NCBI GenBank assembly: GCA_038252255.1
Contig: JBBSAM010000005.1
Span: 94,040 to 158,039, forward strand
Direction: 5' to 3'
Source of the DNA: Acidimicrobiia bacterium
GTDB lineage: Bacteria; Actinomycetota; Acidimicrobiia; IMCC26256; JAENVU01
Length of the DNA: 64,000 nt
Shown: positions 45,828 through 54,892 of the stretch, piece by piece
Layout of the letters: the number at the start of each line of letters is the position of its first letter
Position numbering within the stretch: the first letter of the stretch is position 1
Position numbers and translations under genes: made by a program
Notes under the pieces: generated by a model
What the model saw: the letters and a program-made list of their open reading frames with translations, nothing else
Told to the model about the DNA's origin: nothing
Database searches by the model: none

Positions 45828-48506
45828 ATGAAGTACGTCTACGCCTTCCACGAAGGCGGCAGGGAGCAGAAGTTCCTGCTCGGCGGCAAGGGCGCCAACC
45901 TCGCCGAGATGACGAAGCTGGGACTCCCGGTACCGCCCGGCTTCACGATCACCACCGAGGCCTGCAACGCGTACATGGCTGCGGACGAGACCCTTCCCGA
46001 CGGCCTGATGGACGAGGTCGCCGACGCTCTCCGGGCGCTCGAGGCGAACATGGGCAAGAGCCTCGGCGACGACGTGGACCCGCTCCTGGTCTCGGTCCGT
46101 TCGGGTGCGCCGTTCTCGATGCCCGGGATGATGGACACGGTCCTGAACCTCGGGCTCAACGACGCTTCGGTGCAGGGCCTGGCGAAGCAGACCGGCAACG
46201 AGCGTTTCGCGTTCGACTCCTACCGGCGCTTCGTGCAGATGTTCGGCAAGATCGTGCTCGACGTCCCCGGTGACGATTTCGAAGAAGCGCTGCACGAGCT
46301 GATGGAGGACCGCGGCGTCACCGTGGACACCGACCTCACCGCAACGGACCTGCGCGGTCTGGTGGGCACGTTCAAGGACATCGTGCAACGCGTCGCGGGC
46401 GTCGCGTTCCCCGACGAGCCGCACGCACAGCTCGGGTACGCGATCGAAGCGGTCTTCAAGTCCTGGAACGGCCGGCGGGCGCGCGACTACCGCCGGATGG
46501 AGCGGATCCCCGATGACCTCGGGACCGCGGTGAACGTCCAGACGATGGTGTACGGCAACAAGGGCGAGGACTCCGGCACGGGAGTCGCGTTCACCCGCAA
46601 CCCGTCGACGGGGGAGCGGGTTCCGTACGGCGACTTCCTCACCAACGCGCAAGGCGAAGATGTGGTGGCCGGCATCCGCATGACCGAGCCGCTCGACGCG
46701 ATGGCGAACGACTTCGCGGAATGCCACCGCCAGCTGCTCGACGTGATGGAGCTGCTCGAGCGGCACTATCACGACATGTGCGACATCGAGTTCACGATCG
46801 AGCAGGGCCGGCTGTTCATCCTCCAGACGCGCGTCGGCAAGCGCACGGCGATGGCGGCGCTGCGGATGGCCGTCGAGATGCAGTCCGAAGGGCTCATCGA
46901 CAAGCGGGAGGCGATCCTGCGGGTCCAGCCCGCGCAGCTCGATCAGCTTCTGCACCCGCAGTTCGATCCCGGGGCGAAGTACGACGTTCTGGCTACCGGG
47001 TTGAACGCGTCACCGGGCGCGGCCGTGGGCAAGGTGTCGTTCACCGCAGATGACGCGGAAGCGTCTGCCGCGGCCGGTGAGGCGGTCATCCTCGTGCGCC
47101 CGGAGACCTCGCCCGAGGATCTGCACGGCATGATCGCGGCCGAAGGGATCCTCACGTCGCGCGGCGGGCTCGTGAGCCACGCCGCGGTCGTCGCCCGCGG
47201 GATGGGCAAGCCCGCCATCTGTGGTGCGGACGCGTTGCAGATCGATCTGGCGAAGAAGGAGTTCCACGTTCTCGTCAACCGCGAGGTCGGCGGCGTGGTC
47301 AGCCCGGTGCGGGTCACCGTCCACGAGGGCGAAGTGATCTCGATCAACGGCGGCACCGGTGAGGTCGTGGTCGGCGAGGTGCCGGTCGTGACTCCCGAGC
47401 CGACCGGTCCGTTCGGCATCGTGCTCGGGTGGGCGGACGAGGTCCGCACGATGAAGGTGCGAGCGAACGCGGACCTTCCCGAGGACTCGTTGAAGGCGAG
47501 GGAGTTCGGCGCGGAGGGCATCGGGCTGTGCCGCACCGAGCACATGTTCCTCGGCGACCGGCTGCCGACGGTGCAGCGGATGATCCTGGCCGAGACCCCG
47601 GACGAGGAAGCCGCGGCGCTCGACGCGCTGCTCCCGGTCCAGCGGGCCGACTTCATCGGGATCCTCGAGGCGATGGACGGGCTGCCGGTGACCATCCGGC
47701 TGCTGGACCCGCCGCTGCACGAGTTCCTGCCCCGCCACGAGGAGATCCTCGGCCGCCAGGTCGACGCGTTCATCAACGGCGTCGGCGACCCGGAGGCAGA
47801 CCGTCTCATGGCCGCGCTGAAGCGATGGGAGGAAGCGAACCCGATGCTCGGCACCCGGGGGTGCCGGTTGGGGATCCTGAAGCCGGGCCTGTACCGGATG
47901 CAGGTGCGTGCCATCATCGAGGCCGCGGTCGAGCGCAAGCGGGCCGGCGGCGACCCGCAGGTCGAGATCATGATCCCGCTCACCGTCGCGAGGACCGAGA
48001 TGGCGATGCTGGACGGCTGGGTCCGTGAGGAGGCCGAGAAGGTCTTCACCGACCAGGGCGTCCGGGTGGACTACCTGGTCGGCACGATGATCGAGACGCC
48101 GCGCGCCGCGCTCGTGGCGGAGGAGATCGCCGAGATCGCGGAGTTCTTCTCGTTCGGCACGAACGACCTGACCCAGATGACGTTCGGCTTCTCGCGTGAC
48201 GACGTCGAGGGCCGCATGATGCCGGCGTACCTCGAGCAGGGCCTGCTGGCCGTGAGCCCGTTCGAGCAGCTCGATCGGGACGGGGTCGGCAAGCTGGTCG
48301 AGTGGGCGAAGATGCGTGGGCGTGCGGTGCGCCCGGATCTCAAGCTGGGCATCTGCGGGGAGCACGGCGGCGACCCGGCCTCGGTGCACTTCTGCCACGA
48401 GGTCGGCCTCGATTACGTGTCGTGCTCGCCGTACCGCGTCCCGCTCGCTCGCTTGGCCGCCGCGCATGCCGCGCTCGGTGAGGGTGGGCCCGGTACCACG
48501 GCCTGA
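45828..48506 (+). CDS. ppdK: Pyruvate, phosphate dikinase
   Basis: It is 892 aa with an ATP-grasp N-terminus, the phosphohistidine segment (TSRGGLVSHAAVVARG) and the PEP-utilizing TIM barrel (GICGEHGGDP). Confidence 0.96.
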   Translation: MKYVYAFHEGGREQKFLLGGKGANLAEMTKLGLPVPPGFTITTEACNAYMAADETLPDGLMDEVADALRALEANMGKSLGDDVDPLLVSVRSGAPFSMPGMMDTVLNLGLNDASVQGLAKQTGNERFAFDSYRRFVQMFGKIVLDVPGDDFEEALHELMEDRGVTVDTDLTATDLRGLVGTFKDIVQRVAGVAFPDEPHAQLGYAIEAVFKSWNGRRARDYRRMERIPDDLGTAVNVQTMVYGNKGEDSGTGVAFTRNPSTGERVPYGDFLTNAQGEDVVAGIRMTEPLDAMANDFAECHRQLLDVMELLERHYHDMCDIEFTIEQGRLFILQTRVGKRTAMAALRMAVEMQSEGLIDKREAILRVQPAQLDQLLHPQFDPGAKYDVLATGLNASPGAAVGKVSFTADDAEASAAAGEAVILVRPETSPEDLHGMIAAEGILTSRGGLVSHAAVVARGMGKPAICGADALQIDLAKKEFHVLVNREVGGVVSPVRVTVHEGEVISINGGTGEVVVGEVPVVTPEPTGPFGIVLGWADEVRTMKVRANADLPEDSLKAREFGAEGIGLCRTEHMFLGDRLPTVQRMILAETPDEEAAALDALLPVQRADFIGILEAMDGLPVTIRLLDPPLHEFLPRHEEILGRQVDAFINGVGDPEADRLMAALKRWEEANPMLGTRGCRLGILKPGLYRMQVRAIIEAAVERKRAGGDPQVEIMIPLTVARTEMAMLDGWVREEAEKVFTDQGVRVDYLVGTMIETPRAALVAEEIAEIAEFFSFGTNDLTQMTFGFSRDDVEGRMMPAYLEQGLLAVSPFEQLDRDGVGKLVEWAKMRGRAVRPDLKLGICGEHGGDPASVHFCHEVGLDYVSCSPYRVPLARLAAAHAALGEGGPGTTA

Positions 48507-48545
48507 GTCGGCGTTGCTGTCCCACCCCGTCGGTATCCTCGCGAC

Positions 48546-49730
48546 ATGAGTGGGGAACGAGATCTGCCTGATGTGCCTGATCTGACCGATCGGGCGCGGG
48601 GCTGGGCCGCCACGATGGACGGCTTCGCGACCGGGTCGTTCCGTCGGGCCCACGCGGACTCCGCCGCGAAGATCGGCGCGGTCGAGCTCTCGGACCGCCG
48701 CGCGCGCGAAGACCGGGAGGATGCCGACCTCGCGCCCGGCGCCACCCGCGCCCGCGGGTCCGGTCACCGCGCCCGCGCCGAGGAGCCGGACCGCGTGCGC
48801 ACGTGCTTCGAGCGCGACCGGGACCGCATCCTCCACGGCACCACAGCGTTCCGCCGGCTCGCGGGGAAGACACAGGTCTTCGTGTTCCCCGAGGATCATC
48901 AACGCACCCGCCTCACCCACGCGCTCGAGGTCGCGCAGGTGGCGTCGAGCATCGCCCGCGCGTGCCGCCTGAACGTCGCGCTCACCGAGGCGATCGCGCT
49001 CGGCCACGACTGCGGCCACGGCCCGTTCGGCCACGCGAGCGAGGATGCGTTCACGCCGTACGTCCCCGGTGGGTTCGATCACGCGGTCTGGGGCGCGGAC
49101 GTCGTGCTCGAACCCGTGAACCTCTGTTCCGAGACGCTGGACGGCATCCGGAACCACTCGTGGTCCCGGCCGGCGCCGAGCACGCCGGAGGGGGAGGTCG
49201 TCTCGTGGGCCGACCGCATCGCTTACGTGTGCCACGACTTCGAAGACGCGGTCCGGGCGGGGATCGTGAGCGCGGCGATGCTGCCCGCGTCCGTGTTGGC
49301 GCTCTGCGGTGAGCGCCGGAGCCGCCAGCTCGGCGCGTTCATCTCGTCCGTCGTGGATACCGCGTTGCGCACCGGTGAGATCGGCATGGACGGCGGGATG
49401 GCCGAGGCGCTCGCGGAGTTCCGTGCCTTCAACTACGAGCAGATCTACATGCGGCCGGCCTCGGTCGCTCAGGGTCAGGCCGTGGTCAGGGTGCTGCACG
49501 CGCTCGTCGAGTACTACGCCGACCGGCCGAACACGCTTCCGCTGCCCGAGTTGGCGGGTCACGCCCACCATTCCGGGGGCGCGAGCGCCGGGAGCAGCGC
49601 CGCGCTCCTCGAAGCCGTGACCTACGTCGCGGGAATGACGGACCGTTTCGCGTTCACGCAGGCCGTCGCCCATCTCGGCTGGGATCCCGCTTCGCTGCCG
49701 GCCGGTCTCGATGTCGCGATCGGTCGGTGA
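48546..49730 (+). CDS. dgt: dGTPase-like HD-domain triphosphohydrolase
   Basis: It has the HD motif (HALEVAQV...GHDCGHGPFGH). dgt-dnaG synteny is conserved. Confidence 0.88.
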   Translation: MSGERDLPDVPDLTDRARGWAATMDGFATGSFRRAHADSAAKIGAVELSDRRAREDREDADLAPGATRARGSGHRARAEEPDRVRTCFERDRDRILHGTTAFRRLAGKTQVFVFPEDHQRTRLTHALEVAQVASSIARACRLNVALTEAIALGHDCGHGPFGHASEDAFTPYVPGGFDHAVWGADVVLEPVNLCSETLDGIRNHSWSRPAPSTPEGEVVSWADRIAYVCHDFEDAVRAGIVSAAMLPASVLALCGERRSRQLGAFISSVVDTALRTGEIGMDGGMAEALAEFRAFNYEQIYMRPASVAQGQAVVRVLHALVEYYADRPNTLPLPELAGHAHHSGGASAGSSAALLEAVTYVAGMTDRFAFTQAVAHLGWDPASLPAGLDVAIGR

Positions 49731-49774
49731 ATCGCCACCCCGCGTGTTCGCGGCCTGACCTACCCTGAGGCGCG

Positions 49775-51574
49775 ATGGGAATTCTCGACGACGACGTCGT
49801 CCAGGTCAGGGAAGCCACCGACATCGTCGGGCTCATCAGTGAACGCCTCGCGCTGAAGCGTGCCGGTCGGCGCTTCGTCGGTCTCTGCCCGTTCCACACC
49901 GAGAAGTCGCCGAGCTTCTCGGTGAATCCCGAGCTCGGGCTGTACTACTGCTTCGGCTGCCAGGAGAGCGGCGACGCGATCACGTTCATCCGCAAGCTCG
50001 ACGGACTCGACTTCCCCGAAGCGGTCGAGCGACTCGCGGCCCGAGCCGGCATCACGGTGCGGTACGACTCCACCGCGGTCTCCCAGGACCGCCAACGCAA
50101 GGACCGGCTCTCCGCCGCGGTAGGCGCGGCGATCGACTTCTACCACCGCATCCTGCTCGAGCAACCCGAAGGCGGGCGGGCGCGCGGCTATCTGCGCAGT
50201 CGCGGCTTCGACGGCGACGCGGCGCGTCGCTTCGTGATCGGGTGGTCACCCGACAGCTTCGACACCCTGAGCAATCACCTCCAGGCCGAGAAGCACCGGC
50301 GTGACGACATCGTGGCCGCCGGGCTCGCGTTCGTGAACAAGTCGAACCGCTTGCAGGACAGCTTCCGGTCGCGCCTGATGTTCCCGATCTACGACCGGGC
50401 CGGGGTGGCGGTCGGGTTCGGTGGGCGCTCGCTGTCGGCCGACGGGCCGAAGTACAAGAACACCGCGGAGACGCCGCTGTACCACAAGAGCCGGTTGCTC
50501 TACGGCCTGAACTGGGCCAAGGCGGAGATCGGGGCGCGCGACGAGGTCGTGATCTGCGAGGGCTACACGGACGTGATGGGGTTCGCCCTCGCCGGCATCC
50601 CGAACTCGGTGGCCACCTGTGGAACGGCGCTCACCGAGCAGCACGTCCAGCTGTTGAAGAACTTCACCCGCAAGATGGTGCTCGCCTACGACGCCGACAG
50701 CGCGGGACAGAGCGCGGCGGAGAAGTGGTACGAGTGGGAGCAGCGATTCGACATCGAGGTGAAGGTCGCCGCGCTGCCTCCGGGGCGCGATCCCGGCGAT
50801 CTCTGGCGCGACGATCCGGACGTGCTGGTGAAGGCGGTGGAGGGAGCGCAGCGGTTCATGCAGTTCAAGATGGGCCGGGTGCTCTCGGCCGCGGATCTCA
50901 CCGGGCCGGAAGGCCGCGCCCGCGCGGCCGAAGCGCTCGTGCCGGTGTTGCGCGAGCACCCGAGCGAGCTCGTGCGCGAGCAGTACATCCAGACCGCGGC
51001 GGGAACACTCGGCATCGACCACGCGTGGTTCAAGCAGGCGATCTCGCGCAGCCCGGCGCCGCGGCGCGGCGGTGGTGGCGAGGAAGACGCGGTCTTCGAG
51101 AGCCGGGAGGAGCGAGCGGAACGGCCCCGGCCGGTCGTCGTCGATCCTCGCGAGGAGGACGTGCTGCGGTGGACGATCCATTCGCCGGAGCTCGTGCACG
51201 ACTGGCTCGACGCGACGCTGTTCGTCGACCCGGTGGCTCGCGCGGCTTTTGTGCAGCTCTCGAGCTCGGCCGAGCTCCATGAAGCGCTCGCGACGAGCGA
51301 GGGCGAGGTACGCGCACTGCTCGAGCGACTCGCGGTGGAGGAGCCGGAGGTGGACGACGAGCCCGAGACCGTTCGAGCCCGGCTCGTCGTCAATCTCGTC
51401 GAGCCGGCCGCCGAACGCCTGTTGCGTCAGCTCCTGGCGGACGGCGACGACCGCGCGAGCCAGGTGAAGGTCCAGCTCGACATCGTGCGGGGCCAAGCCG
51501 CGAGCGGATGGGCCTCCGGCGAGGAAGCAGCGATGCAATTGGTACGCTGGATCACTCAATGGACGCCCCGATGA
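49775..51574 (+). CDS. dnaG: DNA primase
   Basis: It has the CHC2 zinc finger ([11 protein letters not shown]...CFGC) and a TOPRIM domain ([10 protein letters not shown]). Confidence 0.96.
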   Translation: MGILDDDVVQVREATDIVGLISERLALKRAGRRFVGLCPFHTEKSPSFSVNPELGLYYCFGCQESGDAITFIRKLDGLDFPEAVERLAARAGITVRYDSTAVSQDRQRKDRLSAAVGAAIDFYHRILLEQPEGGRARGYLRSRGFDGDAARRFVIGWSPDSFDTLSNHLQAEKHRRDDIVAAGLAFVNKSNRLQDSFRSRLMFPIYDRAGVAVGFGGRSLSADGPKYKNTAETPLYHKSRLLYGLNWAKAEIGARDEVVICEGYTDVMGFALAGIPNSVATCGTALTEQHVQLLKNFTRKMVLAYDADSAGQSAAEKWYEWEQRFDIEVKVAALPPGRDPGDLWRDDPDVLVKAVEGAQRFMQFKMGRVLSAADLTGPEGRARAAEALVPVLREHPSELVREQYIQTAAGTLGIDHAWFKQAISRSPAPRRGGGGEEDAVFESREERAERPRPVVVDPREEDVLRWTIHSPELVHDWLDATLFVDPVARAAFVQLSSSAELHEALATSEGEVRALLERLAVEEPEVDDEPETVRARLVVNLVEPAAERLLRQLLADGDDRASQVKVQLDIVRGQAASGWASGEEAAMQLVRWITQWTPR

Positions 51575-52941
51575 CCTCCCCCGAACCGGACCCCATACCG
51601 GCGCCGCCGCTCGGTGCGGTCGCCACGTCGAGCGACGCGTCTCCAGCCGACATCGAGGCGTTGATCGCACGAGTCAAGGATCGCGGGTTCGTCACGACAG
51701 GCGAGATCTTCGCCGCGCTGCCGGACCTCGAGCCCGAGACGGCAGAGCTCGCGGCGATCTACGCAAGCATGGAGAGCAACGGCGTCCAGGTCGTCGACGA
51801 GATTCTCGAAGAGCTCAAGCGCGAGGACGAACGGCGACACGGACGTGGCGAAGCGCCGTCGAGCACCGTGACCGACGCGGTGGACGCCGCAGTCGAACGC
51901 GCGCGGAAGCCGGCAACCCGGCCGGGCGCCGCGGCTGCTCCCGTGTCCGAGGAGCCACTGCCGGTTCCGGTGCCCGCGGTGCGGCCGAGCCGGGCGCGCG
52001 CGGAACGTCCGAGTGGCTTGGGCGAGGGCAGCTTCGACCCGGTGCGGATGTACCTGAAGGAGATCGGGAAGGTCCCGCTCCTCACGGCCGGGCAGGAAGT
52101 GAGCCTGGCCAAGCGCATCGAGGCCGGTCTCGACGCGGTGGACCGGGTGGAGCAGGAACAGCACCTCACCGAGTCGCAGCGGGCGAGCCTCCGCGCAGTG
52201 ACGCGTGACGGTGAGCTCGCCAAGAGGCAGCTGACCGAAGCCAACCTTCGGCTCGTGGTGTCGATCGCCAAGCGCTACGTGGGTCGGGGGATGGCGCTGC
52301 TCGACCTGATCCAGGAGGGCAACCTCGGTCTCATCCGTGCGGTCGAGAAGTTCGACTACACGAAGGGCTTCAAGTTCTCGACCTACGCGACGTGGTGGAT
52401 CCGCCAGGCGATCACTCGAGCGATCGCGGACCAGGCGCGCACGATCCGGATTCCCGTTCACATGGTCGAGACCATGAACAAGGTGATGCGGATCCAGCGC
52501 CAGCTCCTCCAGGAGCTCGGTCGAGAGCCGACGGTCGAGGAGATTGCCGCGAAGGTGGAGCTCACCCCGGACCGCGTGCGCGAGATCCAGCGCCTCGGTC
52601 AGGAGCCCGTGTCGCTCGAGACGCCGGTGGGAGACGACGACGACTCGTTCCTAGGTGACTTCGTCGAAGACCCCAACGCGACCGCGCCGGCAACGGCCGC
52701 AGCCCGCGCGCTGCTCACCGAGGCGATCGAAGAGGCGCTCGAAGAGCTGAACGACCGCGAACGGCAGGTCGTGCGCCTGCGCTTCGGTCTCGACGACGGT
52801 CAGGTGCGCACGCTCGAAGAGGTGGGCAAGGAGTTCGGCGTGACGCGGGAGCGGATCCGCCAGATCGAGTCGAAGACACTGGCGAAGCTGCGTCACCCGA
52901 CGCGTTCCCAGCGCCTGCGCGACTACCTCGAAGAGCCCTAG
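51559..52941 (+). CDS. rpoD: Principal (group 1) RNA polymerase sigma factor
   Basis: Regions 1.2-4.2 are present ([56 protein letters not shown]). The start is ATG 51559 or ATG 51571, the latter forming an ATGA overlap with dnaG. Confidence 0.93.
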   Translation: MDAPMTSPEPDPIPAPPLGAVATSSDASPADIEALIARVKDRGFVTTGEIFAALPDLEPETAELAAIYASMESNGVQVVDEILEELKREDERRHGRGEAPSSTVTDAVDAAVERARKPATRPGAAAAPVSEEPLPVPVPAVRPSRARAERPSGLGEGSFDPVRMYLKEIGKVPLLTAGQEVSLAKRIEAGLDAVDRVEQEQHLTESQRASLRAVTRDGELAKRQLTEANLRLVVSIAKRYVGRGMALLDLIQEGNLGLIRAVEKFDYTKGFKFSTYATWWIRQAITRAIADQARTIRIPVHMVETMNKVMRIQRQLLQELGREPTVEEIAAKVELTPDRVREIQRLGQEPVSLETPVGDDDDSFLGDFVEDPNATAPATAAARALLTEAIEEALEELNDRERQVVRLRFGLDDGQVRTLEEVGKEFGVTRERIRQIESKTLAKLRHPTRSQRLRDYLEEP

Positions 52942-53165
52942 AGAGAGTCGGCGACCGGGTCGACGAGACGGAGGTGCTCCGTCTCGTCGTCGGGCCGGAG
53001 GCGTTCCACGCCGAGCTCCACGGCCGCCTGGAGGCGATCGAAGAGCCGGCTGTCCCGGAGCCGCTCGAGCCGGCGGCGGATCTGCTCGTAGCGAGCCCGC
53101 CCGGCCTTGGCGCCGAGGTAGTAGCCAATGCCGAAGCCGAGCACGAGACCGATCCGGAACTTCAT
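52938..53165 (-). CDS. Small single-pass membrane protein (75 aa)
   Basis: ATG 53165 follows AGGAAGAGAG. It has an N-terminal TM segment ([17 protein letters not shown]) followed by a charged helical tail. GC3 bias is good. A LexA box lies 46 nt upstream. Confidence 0.65.
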   Translation of the reverse strand: MKFRIGLVLGFGIGYYLGAKAGRARYEQIRRRLERLRDSRLFDRLQAAVELGVERLRPDDETEHLRLVDPVADSL

Positions 53166-53210
53166 GCTCTCTTCCTACCGCATCCATCGACCGCGCGCGG
53201 GTTTCGGGTG

Positions 53211-53228
53211 AACGAACATATGTTCGTT
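53211..53228. promoter_or_regulatory. LexA SOS (Cheo) box, perfect 18-bp palindrome AACGAACATATGTTCGTT
   Basis: The core CGAAC-ATAT-GTTCG (53213-53226) matches the Gram-positive/actinobacterial LexA consensus CGAAC-N4-GTTCG. It abuts the TATGCT -10-like hexamer (53228-53233), which lies 6 nt before ATG 53240. It sits between the divergent genes. Confidence 0.8.
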
Positions 53229-53239
53229 ATGCTCCGACC

Positions 53240-53890
53240 ATGGGCTACCGCGGCAAGGTCGAGCAGCAGGAGCAGGCGCGGTTGCTACGCGCGCAGAACC
53301 GGACACTCGCCGACATCGCAGCCGAGCTGGATGTCAGCAAGTCCTCGGTATCCCTCTGGGTACGTGACGTCCCCTTCACCGCATCCAAACGCCGCTACGG
53401 TCCCCGCCGCCGCCCGCATCCACAGCAAGCAGCCAAGATTCTGGAGATCGAGAAGTGCGCCGCTGAAGGCCGAACCCGCTTCGAGGCATTGAGCGAAGAC
53501 GCGTTCTTCGCCGCTGGAGTTGCGCTCTATGCGGGCGAGGGTTCGAAGACCGATGGTTCGGTGTCGTTCGCGAACTGCGATCCCGACATGATCCGGTTCT
53601 TTGCTGCGTGGCTCCGCCGGTTCTTCGATGTCGATGAACCCCGACTACGGGTGCAGGTCTATCTGCATCAGGGGCTCGATCTCGATGCAGCACACCACTT
53701 CTGGTCTTCGGTCACGGGTGTTCCGCTCGGCCAGTTCCGCAAGGGTCATCGTGCGGTCGCGGATCCGACGATCCGGCACAACAAGCATGAGAATGGCTGC
53801 TGCTACCTGAGATACCACTGCTCGCATACCCACCGGAAGGTCATGGGTCTGGTGCGGGCGCTGCTATCGTCAGACGCCATTCCGGGGTAG
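53240..53890 (+). CDS. HTH + LAGLIDADG-like (homing-endonuclease-like) protein; stop codon inside tRNA-Asn
   Basis: It has an N-terminal HTH (RTLADIAAELDVSKSSVSLWVRDV) and a central motif AGVALYAGEGSKTDGSVSF resembling a single LAGLIDADG helix. It is visibly less GC-rich, with more A/T-ending codons than its neighbours. The functional call is tentative. Confidence 0.6.
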   Translation: MGYRGKVEQQEQARLLRAQNRTLADIAAELDVSKSSVSLWVRDVPFTASKRRYGPRRRPHPQQAAKILEIEKCAAEGRTRFEALSEDAFFAAGVALYAGEGSKTDGSVSFANCDPDMIRFFAAWLRRFFDVDEPRLRVQVYLHQGLDLDAAHHFWSSVTGVPLGQFRKGHRAVADPTIRHNKHENGCCYLRYHCSHTHRKVMGLVRALLSSDAIPG

Positions 53891-53956
53891 CTCAATCGGC
53901 GGAGCAGCGCACTGTTAATGCGACGGCTGAGGGTTCGAGTCCCTCCCCCGGAGCCA
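53881..53956 (+). tRNA. tRNA-Asn (anticodon GTT), CCA encoded
   Basis: Hand-folded: TCCGGGG/TA/GCTC-AATCGGCG-GAGC/A/GCGCA-CTGTTAA-TGCGA/CGGCT/GAGGG-TTCGAGT-CCCTC/CCCCGGA/G/CCA. Confidence 0.92.
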
Positions 53957-53957
53957 T

Positions 53958-54545
53958 CTACGCGAAGCCGAAACGGGACTGCTCGCCTCGCGGGCCGGCT
54001 CGGCCGGGCCGTTCGATCTCGTCGATGAGCCCGTAGGCGAGCGCCTCCTCGGCGTCCAGCCAGGCGCCGCGCTCGAGATCGGCTTCGACGCGCTCGAAGG
54101 GCCGCCCGGTGGCGCTCGCCAGCCGGTTGACGAAGACCTCGACCGTGCGCTGGTGCTCGCGCGCGTTGCGTTCGACGTCAGTGGCACCGCCGGCGAAGGC
54201 TACGTCGGGCAGGCCGAGCCGGAATCGCGCATGGGGTGTCGCGGATCGATGAGGCGCGACCGCGACGATGCCGACGGCGGCGTTCTCGGCGCGCACGCAG
54301 CGGGCGCGGACAGGCACGCCGAGCAGGTCGATCACGTCGATGACCATGAGCGCGGCCTGAATCGTTCCGCCCGCGCAGTCGACCTGCAACGTGATGCCCT
54401 CGTCGCCGGCCGCGTCGAGCGCCATGAGCTCCGTGGTCGCAGTAGTGGCGGACACGTCGTCGAGCTGGCCACTGAGGAGAACGACCCGCCGGTCCCACAG
54501 CTGCGCTCGCATCCACTCCACCCCACCGAACTGCTCTTGGTTCAT
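53958..54545 (-). CDS. ClpP-family paralogue lacking the Ser-His-Asp triad (ClpR-like pseudoprotease)
   Basis: It aligns along its length with the adjacent ClpP. In my hand alignment the catalytic Ser motif GMSAAA becomes ENAAVG (S->A), MIHQG becomes RLGLP (H->G), and DRDYFM becomes ERGAWL (D->G). Its ATG overlaps the XRE stop (ATGA). Confidence 0.75.
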   Translation of the reverse strand: MNQEQFGGVEWMRAQLWDRRVVLLSGQLDDVSATTATTELMALDAAGDEGITLQVDCAGGTIQAALMVIDVIDLLGVPVRARCVRAENAAVGIVAVAPHRSATPHARFRLGLPDVAFAGGATDVERNAREHQRTVEVFVNRLASATGRPFERVEADLERGAWLDAEEALAYGLIDEIERPGRAGPRGEQSRFGFA

Positions 54546-54808
54546 CGAGGCTTCCGTTGCAGGCGCCAGTCGAGCTGGTGGCCCAGTGCGGCGACATAGC
54601 GCTCCAGGGTCGAGAGGCGGACGTCCGCGTCGCCCGACTCGAGGCGCGCCACGGCGGACTGGGACGTCCCCATGCGGGCGGCCACCTCGGTCTGGGAGAG
54701 CCCGAGCGCGACGCGCTCGCCGGCCAACGTGCCGGCCAGGTCGCGGCGGCGCGCGGCCGCTTCCTTGAACCCCGGGAAGACCGGGTCATGTCTCCGCTCA
54801 CTCGTCAC
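54542..54808 (-). CDS. XRE-family HTH regulator (ClgR/PopR-like by context)
   Basis: It has the HTH_3 motif (LGLSQTEVAARMGTSQSAVARLESG). I preferred GTG 54808, which follows GAGAGGTG. TTG 54823 is an alternative. It is divergent from clpP. Confidence 0.75.
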   Translation of the reverse strand: MTSERRHDPVFPGFKEAAARRRDLAGTLAGERVALGLSQTEVAARMGTSQSAVARLESGDADVRLSTLERYVAALGHQLDWRLQRKPR

Positions 54809-54827
54809 GCGAACACCTCTCAACCTA

Positions 54828-54850
54828 TCGAATATGGTATCTCGAATATG
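54828..54850. promoter_or_regulatory. AT-rich direct repeat TCGAATATG (x2, 14-bp period) with embedded ATCTC-N6-GAGAT, in the XRE/clpP divergent promoter region
   Basis: The copies lie at 54828-54836 and 54842-54850. This is the most AT-rich stretch in the window and is flanked by CTATC...GATAG. Confidence 0.45.
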
Positions 54851-54892
54851 AGATAGTCACCAGGACCCGACTGCGGAGAAAGGCGTGACCCC

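Noticed and set aside
51508-51558. The upstream start of the sigma factor ORF at 51508.
   Set aside because: It would overlap dnaG by 67 nt. The ATGs at 51559 or 51571 (the latter an ATGA overlap with the dnaG stop) are more plausible.
54178-54801. A 207-aa - strand ORF and other frames overlapping the ClpR-like and XRE genes.
   Set aside because: They have Arg/Pro/Ala-rich shadow composition. The two called genes in the alternative frames have clear family similarity.
54828-54850. Whether the TCGAATATG repeats are degenerate LexA half-sites related to the SOS box at 53211-53228.
   Set aside because: They lack the GTTCG arm and the CGAAC spacing. The resemblance is limited to CGAA..ATATG.
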